Source: Dehalococcoidia bacterium
GTDB taxonomy: Bacteria > Chloroflexota > Dehalococcoidia > DSTF01 > RBG-16-68-14
Assembly (NCBI GenBank): GCA_040882355.1
Contig: JBBEBM010000010.1
Coordinates: 1 to 42,209, forward strand
DNA length: 42,209 bases
Direction: 5' to 3'
The position numbers and the translations under genes are program-made. Below the pieces are notes generated by a model. The model was not told the origin of the DNA. It searched no databases and saw only the letters and a program-made list of their open reading frames with translations. Below, piece by piece: positions 26,446 to 33,482 of the stretch (position 1 is the first letter of the stretch; each line of letters begins with the position of its first letter).

Positions 26446-26730
26446 CTGCCCGCCATCGAAGCCCGAATCAGCGTTCGTCTCACACCCCGCGCCGCCCGCG
26501 ACGAAATCGCCGGCTGGCAGGGCGACGTGCTGCGCGCGAAGGTAACGGCGCCGCCCGCCGAGGGCCGGGCCAACGCCGCGCTCGAGCGACTCCTCGCCGG
26601 TGCGCTGGGCGTCCCGAAGACCGCGGTCCGCGTGGCCTCCGGCGCGCGGGGGCGCGAGAAGCTGGTCGCCATCGAGGGCCTCGAGCAGGACGAGGCCATG
26701 CGCCGCCTCGGCGCAGCCACCCTCTTATAA
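26446..26730 (+). CDS. yggU: DUF167 / YggU family protein
   Basis: VRLTPRAARDEI.GW....LRAKVTAPP.EGRAN.AL...LA.ALGVPK..V....G..GREK; start codon uncertain. Confidence 0.85.
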   Translation: MPAIEARISVRLTPRAARDEIAGWQGDVLRAKVTAPPAEGRANAALERLLAGALGVPKTAVRVASGARGREKLVAIEGLEQDEAMRRLGAATLL

Positions 26731-26736
26731 CCAGCG

Positions 26737-28572
26737 ATGCAGCGGCTGACCGACATCCACGACGCCTTCCGCTCGAGCCGGGTTGGGGGGTTCATCGTCA
26801 GCCAATCGGGGCTGTTCGGCGGAGTCGCCGTCCTGCTGATCGCGGCTTACGCCTACGCGCCCCTCTTTGGCGGCGGCATGATCCTCACGGGCGACACGAT
26901 CCACATCATGCGCATCCTCGAAATGCATCGCTGCCTGAGCGACGGACAGGTGCCCTGCCGCTGGGTGCCCGACATGGGCAACGGCTACGGCTACCCGCTC
27001 TTCAACTACTACCCGCCTCTGCCCTACTACGCCGGCGACCTGCTCCACCGCCTGGGCCTCTCCTACTTGAAGACGGTCGATATGCTCTACGTGATCGGCC
27101 TGGCCGGAGCCGGCCTTTCGATGTACACGTTGGGCCGGCGGCTCTGGGGCACGCTGGGCGGCATGGTCTCGGCAATCGCTTACGTCTACGCCCCTTATCT
27201 GGCGCTGGACGTCTACTTGCGTGGCGCGCTTGCCGAGCTCTGGGCGCTCGCGATCGTGCCCGCCCTCCTCTGGGCTGTGCTTGAGCTGATCGCGACAGGC
27301 CGCCCGCGTTACGTACCCGTGATCGCGCTGCTGCTCGCAGCGTTACTTCTGTCGCACAACCTGGTCGCCGTCATCGTTGCGCCGGCGCTCGCGCTCTGGG
27401 TCGTGGTCCTCCTCCTGCTGCAAGGACGGCGGCTCTGGCGGCCTGCGCTGCTGGGCACCGTTGCCGCGCTCTGGGGGTTCGGCCTCGCCGCGTTCTTCAC
27501 GCTGCCGGTCCTGCTCGAAGGCGACCTCGTGCAGGTCGACAACATCACGCTCGGCGCCTTCGAGTACACGAACCACTTCGCCAGCGTCAGCGACCTCTTC
27601 TTCCAACGCACCGGCGACTACAGCTACATCCTGAACCGGCAGGGCGGCACGCCGCTCCAGATCGGCTGGTTCCATTGGGGGCTTGCCGCGTTGGCGGTGC
27701 CGGCCGGCCTCGCCATGATCTGGACGCGTCGCCGGGCGTCGGGCCTGGCCGTCCTCATGCTCGTCGTGTTCTTCGGCGTCGGCGTCTTCATGGCCACTTC
27801 GACGTCGAAGTTCATCTGGGACACGTTCGGCTCGCTCCGTTTCCTCCAGTTTCCCTGGCGCTACCTGGGTCTCGTCAGCATCGCCGCGGCGGGGCTGGCC
27901 GGCGCCTGGCTCGCGCTGTTGCAGGGGCGTTCGCTCTTGCTCCAGCTCGTCGTCGCGGGGCTGCTCATCGGTGTCCTGGTCGGCAGCGGGCGAACGTTCT
28001 TCCACCCTCCGATCCGCTTCGACCTCACCGACGCCGACCTGCTGTCCGGCCCCCGGTACGAACTGAGGCAGCGAGGCGCGATCCGCGACTACCTGCCGAA
28101 GGCCGTCGAGACCGTTCCGGCTCGCGCCACCACGGCCGCTCGCGTCATCGATGGCGACGCGCAGGTGTCGAACACCCGCGCCGGCAGCGACTGGCTGGAG
28201 ATGGAGGTGGCGGCGGGCACTCTCGCGCAGGTGGAGGCGTCGATCTACTACTTCGAGCACTGGCGCATCAGCATCGACGGGCAGCCGCGACCGCCGATCG
28301 TGAGCCAGCCGCATGGGTTGATCGTGGTCGCGGTGCCGCCGGGCGACCACCACGTCGAGCTATGGCTGGAGAACACCGGAGTGAGGACGCTGGGCAACCG
28401 CCTCTCGCTCGCCGCGTGGTCGGCGATGGCGCTCGCCGTGCCCGTGTGGCTGTCAGCGCCCTACCTGCGGCGGTTCGCGCCGAAGCTGCCCGGCCTGCGC
28501 CGGCCTAGATATCCGAGGCGCGAACCAGCGCTATCAGGACCTGAAGGAGGATCAACGCCACCAGCGGCGTGA
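26737..28572 (+). CDS. Polytopic membrane protein of the '6-pyruvoyl-tetrahydropterin synthase-related' family (GT-C glycosyltransferase-like)
   Basis: RWVPDMGNGYGYPLFNYYPPLPYY, YAPYLALDVYLRGALAELWA, LLSHN, LQFPWRYLG, C-terminal periplasmic beta domain. Confidence 0.8.
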   Translation: MQRLTDIHDAFRSSRVGGFIVSQSGLFGGVAVLLIAAYAYAPLFGGGMILTGDTIHIMRILEMHRCLSDGQVPCRWVPDMGNGYGYPLFNYYPPLPYYAGDLLHRLGLSYLKTVDMLYVIGLAGAGLSMYTLGRRLWGTLGGMVSAIAYVYAPYLALDVYLRGALAELWALAIVPALLWAVLELIATGRPRYVPVIALLLAALLLSHNLVAVIVAPALALWVVVLLLLQGRRLWRPALLGTVAALWGFGLAAFFTLPVLLEGDLVQVDNITLGAFEYTNHFASVSDLFFQRTGDYSYILNRQGGTPLQIGWFHWGLAALAVPAGLAMIWTRRRASGLAVLMLVVFFGVGVFMATSTSKFIWDTFGSLRFLQFPWRYLGLVSIAAAGLAGAWLALLQGRSLLLQLVVAGLLIGVLVGSGRTFFHPPIRFDLTDADLLSGPRYELRQRGAIRDYLPKAVETVPARATTAARVIDGDAQVSNTRAGSDWLEMEVAAGTLAQVEASIYYFEHWRISIDGQPRPPIVSQPHGLIVVAVPPGDHHVELWLENTGVRTLGNRLSLAAWSAMALAVPVWLSAPYLRRFAPKLPGLRRPRYPRREPALSGPEGGSTPPAA

Positions 28573-28777
28573 AGTCGATCATGCCCGTGCGCGGCATGAT
28601 CTGGCGCAGCGGCTGCAGGACCGGGTCCGTGATCGCGTTCAAGGCCTGGACGATCGGGTTGTGCGGGTCGGGAGAGACCCACGACATGATCGCCCGGATC
28701 AGGATGGCCAGCCACAGCAGTTGCAGCAGCAGCGCGATCAAGTCTCCGATGCTGCTGATGCTGCCGAACCCGAGCAT
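28505..28777 (-). CDS. yggT: YggT family membrane protein
   Basis: RAIMSWV.PDP.NP....L..ITDP.L.PLR..MP..GMIDFTPLVA. Confidence 0.9.
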   Translation of the reverse strand: MLGFGSISSIGDLIALLLQLLWLAILIRAIMSWVSPDPHNPIVQALNAITDPVLQPLRQIMPRTGMIDFTPLVALILLQVLIALVRASDI

Positions 28778-29583
28778 CAGCCACCAAGCTCCTTCGCTCG
28801 CTCGTACGCCGCCTCAACGGCATCGATGACGGCGGCGCGCAAGCCGGCTTCCTCCAGCACCTGCAGGCCAGCGGCCGTCGTCCCGGCCGGCGACGTCACC
28901 ATATTGCGCAGCTCCGCCGGGTGCTGCTTGGTCTCGCGCGCGAGAGACATCGCGCCGAACACCGTCTGCTTCGCCAGCTCCTCCGCCACGTCGCGACGGA
29001 AGCCGATGTGCACGCCAGCATCGATCAGCGCTTCCAGGAAGAGGAAGACGAAGCCCGGCCCGCTGCCCGAGAGCGCCGTCGCCATGTCGAGATACTTCTC
29101 GTCACTCACCTCGATCTCGCGGCCGAGCGAGCGCAGCAGTCGCGCCACCGTCTCGCGCGAGTCGCCCGAAACGGCGTCCGTCGCCATCCAGAGGCTCATC
29201 GCCTGCCCGACGAAGGCCGCGGTGTTCGGCATCGCCCGCGCGACGGCGTGGTGCCCGAGCCCTTCGACGACGCGGGCGATCGGCACGCCGGCCATGATCG
29301 ACACGACGGTCTGGCTGGCCGTGAGACGTCCCTTCAGCCCGCTGGCGACGCCCTCGAACTCCTGCGGCTTCACCGCGAAGACGACGATCTCGCCGCCCTG
29401 CGCGGCCTGGACGTTGTCGCTCGTCACGTTGACGCCGTACTGCGACGCCAGCGCCTCCCGACGCGGCTCGGCGACGTCGCTCACCGTGACGTCGCCCGGC
29501 GATGCGAGGCTCTCGCGCAGCAGCGCGCTCACGACCGCCTCGCCCATGAACCCGCCGCCGATCAGTCCGACGCGCACGCTCAC
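28777..29583 (-). CDS. proC: Pyrroline-5-carboxylate reductase
   Basis: GTG start overlapping the yggS stop; IGGGFMGEA, FAVKPQ, RAMPNTA, TALSGSGPGF, VTSPAGTT. Confidence 0.95.
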   Translation of the reverse strand: MSVRVGLIGGGFMGEAVVSALLRESLASPGDVTVSDVAEPRREALASQYGVNVTSDNVQAAQGGEIVVFAVKPQEFEGVASGLKGRLTASQTVVSIMAGVPIARVVEGLGHHAVARAMPNTAAFVGQAMSLWMATDAVSGDSRETVARLLRSLGREIEVSDEKYLDMATALSGSGPGFVFLFLEALIDAGVHIGFRRDVAEELAKQTVFGAMSLARETKQHPAELRNMVTSPAGTTAAGLQVLEEAGLRAAVIDAVEAAYERAKELGG

Positions 29584-30248
29584 GCCTCCTGCCGCGGGCC
29601 GAAGATCGCCCGCCCGACGCGCACCATCGTCGCGCCCTCCTCGATCGCCACCTCGAAGTCGTCGGTCATGCCCATCGAGAGCTCGCGCAGGCCGAGATCG
29701 TCGCGCAGCTCGCGCAGGCGACGGAAGACCGGCCGCACCGACTCCCGGTCCTCGACCAGCGGCGCGACGGTCATGAGGCCGCGCCCGTCCAGGTTCGGCA
29801 GCGCGGCGATCTCGCGCAGGGCCGGCGCGACCTCGTCCGGCGCGAAGCCGTACTTGCTCGCTTCCTGGGCGACATTCACTTCGAGGGGGATGGGGAGGGG
29901 CGCGTGCGAGCGAAGGCTCAAGGCGTGTCCTAACCGCACCGAGTCCACGCTGTGGAGTATAGCAAAGAGCCCCGTTACGGTCTTTGCCTTGTTGGTCTGC
30001 AGATGGCCGATCAGGTGCCAGCGCGGCCGCAGCCCCATCGACGCAAGCGCCTCGATCTTGGGAAGCGCCTCCTGCACGCGGTTCTCCCCCAGGTCGGCCA
30101 GCCCAGCTCGATACGCCTCCGCCGCGACCGCCGCCGGGTGGCCTTTCGTCACGCCGATCAGCGTTACCCCGTCCGGCGAGCGCCCCGCCCGCTCGGACGC
30201 CGCTTCGATGCGCTCCCGCACTCGTGCCAGGTTCTCCTCGATATCCAT
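29580..30248 (-). CDS. yggS: PLP homeostasis protein (YggS family)
   Basis: LIGVTK, GENRVQEA, WHLIGHLQTNK, LSMGMTDDFEVAIEEGATMVRVGRAIFG. Confidence 0.95.
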   Translation of the reverse strand: MDIEENLARVRERIEAASERAGRSPDGVTLIGVTKGHPAAVAAEAYRAGLADLGENRVQEALPKIEALASMGLRPRWHLIGHLQTNKAKTVTGLFAILHSVDSVRLGHALSLRSHAPLPIPLEVNVAQEASKYGFAPDEVAPALREIAALPNLDGRGLMTVAPLVEDRESVRPVFRRLRELRDDLGLRELSMGMTDDFEVAIEEGATMVRVGRAIFGPRQEA

Positions 30249-30376
30249 CACTTCGAGCATAGCGCCGCGCCATCCCATCCGCGAACTCCGTCCTGGTTCT
30301 GGGCCCGCCCTCGAGCGAAGTTCTAGGTTCTGGGTTCTGGCCCCTGCTACAATGCGCCTCCGGAGGCACAGATCAG

Positions 30377-30736
30377 ATGATCGTCTCGTTGCTGCAGCGT
30401 AAGACCGCCATCGCCGACGCCGGCGAGTGGCAGCAGCGCGCCGACCGCCTGCTCGACCGCCTGCGACCCCTCCTCGAGCGCCAGCCCGGCTTTCAGGGCA
30501 TCGAGCTCTGGCGCGGCGAGGACGGCCGGCTGGCCGAGCTGACGCGCTGGGCCTCGCACGACGACTGCCGTCGCTACGTTCGAGGCGGCGCCGCCGCGAC
30601 CGCCGCCACCATCTCGGATGCCATCCTCCCCACAGCCCCCTACCCCGACGGCGGCTGGGAGCGCGACACGTACGAGACGCCCCCGGCACCCGCGGGTCAG
30701 GCCGAAGGTCAGGCCAAAGGTCAGGCTTCAGCCTGA
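30377..30736 (+). CDS. Antibiotic biosynthesis monooxygenase (ABM)-like dimeric alpha/beta-barrel protein
   Basis: LERQPGFQGIELWR...ELTRWASHDD; GGAGG RBS; C-terminal 12-bp triplication (GQAE-GQAK-GQAS). Confidence 0.6.
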   Translation: MIVSLLQRKTAIADAGEWQQRADRLLDRLRPLLERQPGFQGIELWRGEDGRLAELTRWASHDDCRRYVRGGAAATAATISDAILPTAPYPDGGWERDTYETPPAPAGQAEGQAKGQASA

Positions 30737-30751
30737 CGGAGACCAACGCTG

Positions 30752-31279
30752 CTACCCGATCTTCGCTTCCTCGGCCCGCCGCACGATCTCATCCACCGTC
30801 TCTTCCGCCGTCATCTCCGACGTGTCCAGCCACAACCCTTTCCGGGCTGTCTCCGCTCGCATGACTTCGTCCAGGTGGCCCCACGTGTCGAACACGTGCT
30901 TCTCGTCGCGCGCTGCATCGCGCCCACGCACTACCTCCGCGCGGGGCGCCAGCATCACGAACAGCAGCGGCCGGTTCCGCGCGTCCGACCTGAATTCGTC
31001 GAGCCGCGAACCGATCACGACGTCGTCGACGACTGGCGTGAAGCCCGCGTCGAAGAACGAGTCGGCCAGCATGCAGACGTGGCGGCCGCGCAGACGGAGC
31101 TGTCGCATCGCCTCCTCGCGCGGCTCGCCGTCCGGCCACAGCCCGCCTGTCACGATCATCTCCTGCAGCCGGTCGGACTCCAAATGCACGCCGCGCTCGA
31201 AGCGCTGCGCCAGCAAGCGCGAGACCCTCGTCTTCCCTGCGCCCGGAATGCCCGAGACGATGTAGATCGCGCGCTCCAT
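30752..31279 (-). CDS. P-loop small-molecule kinase / AAA_33-like phosphotransferase
   Basis: IVSGIPGAGKT Walker A, VVDDV Walker B-like, GLWLDTS.MT.EETVD. Confidence 0.8.
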   Translation of the reverse strand: MERAIYIVSGIPGAGKTRVSRLLAQRFERGVHLESDRLQEMIVTGGLWPDGEPREEAMRQLRLRGRHVCMLADSFFDAGFTPVVDDVVIGSRLDEFRSDARNRPLLFVMLAPRAEVVRGRDAARDEKHVFDTWGHLDEVMRAETARKGLWLDTSEMTAEETVDEIVRRAEEAKIG

Positions 31280-31324
31280 GCGCCCATTCTAGCGCCCGAC
31301 GCGAACAGCAGCGTGGTGGTGCGA

Positions 31325-31921
31325 TTAGCTTGTAGGTGAGGGGTGCGAGGCCAACGCGGGACTGGCGAGAGACGCATCGTCGCCCAGCCCGCAGGCTTGT
31401 CTGATCGCTGCGGCCAATACGCGCGCCTCCGCCTCATCAACGGCGAACCCGAAACGATAGGTCTTCGCACCGTACTCGAACGCGATCGTGCCGATCCCGA
31501 GCGCTCCCGCATGCGGGTCACGCGTGGGCGGCGTGGCGCGAAGGTGTTGGATCTGACGGGCGTCGAACGGAAATGCGCGCTTCATTCCGGCCACGTGCAG
31601 CGAGACGGCCAGGGTGTCTGAGGAGGCTCGGACGCTCTCTTTGCCAACCACGCGCCAGAGGAACACGTAGCCGAGGAAGGCTGCTAACATTCCCATCAGG
31701 ACCGAGAACGCCAATCCCAGAAGGACGCTCTTCGTCTCCCCTGCCAGCAGATCAACGAACAACCGGTACGCAAGGGAAACGGTCGAGAACACAAAGAAGG
31801 CCACACAAAGGCCAAGGAGAACGTCGACAGGACGGGGCCTGGGTGGAATCGTGAGCACGAGCGCATGTTCGCTCGCAGTAATCGTCGAGCGTTGCTTCGC
31901 CGGCTCAACCTTCTGGGCCAT
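31325..31921 (-). CDS. Hypothetical membrane protein (two TM helices plus PH-like beta domain)
   Basis: Two hydrophobic helices; WRVVGKE, IAFEYGAKTYRFG...DEAEA; more A/T-rich codons. Confidence 0.6.
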   Translation of the reverse strand: MAQKVEPAKQRSTITASEHALVLTIPPRPRPVDVLLGLCVAFFVFSTVSLAYRLFVDLLAGETKSVLLGLAFSVLMGMLAAFLGYVFLWRVVGKESVRASSDTLAVSLHVAGMKRAFPFDARQIQHLRATPPTRDPHAGALGIGTIAFEYGAKTYRFGFAVDEAEARVLAAAIRQACGLGDDASLASPALASHPSPTS

Positions 31922-31975
31922 GTCTCCGACCTCCGCCATAAGCATCGGCCCGCCACCGGGTTCTCTGGACTCGCC

Positions 31976-33355
31976 CTACTCCGGCCCGCCCAGCGCTCGC
32001 CGCACGGCCTCGATCAGGGCGCGGTCCTCGCGCGGGTGCACGGTGCGCGGGTCGAGCAGCACCGTGTCGCGCTCGATGCGCGCAACGACGGGCGGCTCGC
32101 CGTTGCGCAGCCTGCGAGCGAGCGCCTCGGCCGGGCGATCGGCCGTGGACGCCAGCGCGAGCAGCTTCGTCGGCAGGCTCTCCTCCGGCAGGCTGCCGCC
32201 GCCCACCATCGAGCGCCCATCGATCACGCTCGCCCCTTCGCCCACCGCCCGCGCCCAGCGGCGCGCTCGCTTCGCGACCTCGCCCGCCGGCAGCGCTATC
32301 ATGCGCCACACCGGCACCTGCTCCAGCGCTTCGTCCTTCAGGTAGTGCGTCAGCGTCGCTGCTAGACCCGCGATACTCGACTTGTCCAGGCGCAGTGCCC
32401 GCGCCAGCGGGTGGCCTCGCAGGCGCTCGACAAGCTCCCGTTTGCCGGCGACGATGCCCGCCTGCGGCCCGCCCAGCAGCTTATCGCCGGAGAAGAGCAC
32501 CAGGTCCGCCCCCGCCGCCAGGCTCCCCTGCGGCGTAGGCTCCTGCGCGAGCCCGAAGCGCGTCGTGTCGAGCAAGCAGCCGCTGCCCAGGTCATCGATG
32601 AGAATCAGGCCCCGCTCGTGTGTGAGCCGCGCCAGCTCCCCGACATCGACTGACGCCGTAAAGCCAACGACCTTGAAGTTGCTCGCGTGCACACGCAGCA
32701 GCGCCGCCGTCTCCTCGCCGATCGCGCCCTCGTAATCGCGCAGGTACGTGCGATTCGTCGTACCGACCTCCACCAGGCGGGCGCCGCTCTGCGCCATCAC
32801 GTCCGGGATGCGGAACCCGCCGCCGATCTCGACAAGCTGTCCGCGCGAGATGACCACGTCGCGTCCCGCCGCGAGCGCTGACAGCGCGAGCAGCACCGCC
32901 GACGCGTTGTTGTTCACGGCCAGCGCCGCCTCTGCGCCTGTCAGGCGTCGGAGCAGCTCCTCCAGGTGCGTGTGTCGGGAGCCGCGCTCGCCGGCCGCCA
33001 GGTCGAACTCCAGGTTCGAGTAGCCGCGACCTACCGCCTGCATCGCGGCCAGCGCCTCGTCTGAGAGCGGCGCGCGGCCCAGGTTCGTCTGGATGATCAC
33101 GCCCGTCGCGTTGATCACAGGCCGCAGCGAAGACCGCAGCGCCAAGTCCGCCCGGCGCTCCACCGCCGAGACGACGCCGTCGAACGCCGGCGCCGCTGCG
33201 CCGCGGCCGACCGCATCGCGCGCGGTCGCCAGCACCTCTCGCACCAGCGCGACGACTGCGTCGCCGGTGTACCGCGCGGAGAGCGCGCGCACCCGCTCGT
33301 CGGCCAGCACGCGGTCGACGGATGGCAGGTCTCGATAGGGCTGCTTGGTCGCCAT
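31976..33355 (-). CDS. selA: L-seryl-tRNA(Sec) selenium transferase
   Basis: VINATGVIIQTNLGRAPL, YSNLEFDL..GERGSR, VNNNASAV, SRGQLVEIGGGFRIPDVM, FSGDKLLGGPQAG. Confidence 0.97.
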   Translation of the reverse strand: MATKQPYRDLPSVDRVLADERVRALSARYTGDAVVALVREVLATARDAVGRGAAAPAFDGVVSAVERRADLALRSSLRPVINATGVIIQTNLGRAPLSDEALAAMQAVGRGYSNLEFDLAAGERGSRHTHLEELLRRLTGAEAALAVNNNASAVLLALSALAAGRDVVISRGQLVEIGGGFRIPDVMAQSGARLVEVGTTNRTYLRDYEGAIGEETAALLRVHASNFKVVGFTASVDVGELARLTHERGLILIDDLGSGCLLDTTRFGLAQEPTPQGSLAAGADLVLFSGDKLLGGPQAGIVAGKRELVERLRGHPLARALRLDKSSIAGLAATLTHYLKDEALEQVPVWRMIALPAGEVAKRARRWARAVGEGASVIDGRSMVGGGSLPEESLPTKLLALASTADRPAEALARRLRNGEPPVVARIERDTVLLDPRTVHPREDRALIEAVRRALGGPE

Positions 33356-33425
33356 ACGCAACGTCCTCGTAGCAGTATCGTCCTCGAACGACGAGGCGCC
33401 TCATTGTAGCGCGCAGCGCGTGGAC

Positions 33426-33457
33426 AACAGGAGCGCCCCTTTCGGGGCGCTCCTGTT
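33426..33457 (-). terminator. Intrinsic terminator after the large surface protein gene
   Basis: Perfect 14-bp stem AACAGGAGCGCCCC-TTTC-GGGGCGCTCCTGTT (GAAA loop on the minus strand). Confidence 0.8.
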
Positions 33458-33482
33458 GGTACTACGGTCGCAAAGGCTCGCG

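Noticed and set aside
26737..28572. Pterin-pathway link between the 'PTPS-related' membrane protein and the pterin dehydratase
   Set aside because: The family name is historical; the sequence is a polytopic GT-C-like protein without PTPS catalytic motifs and lies 8 kb away in another transcription unit
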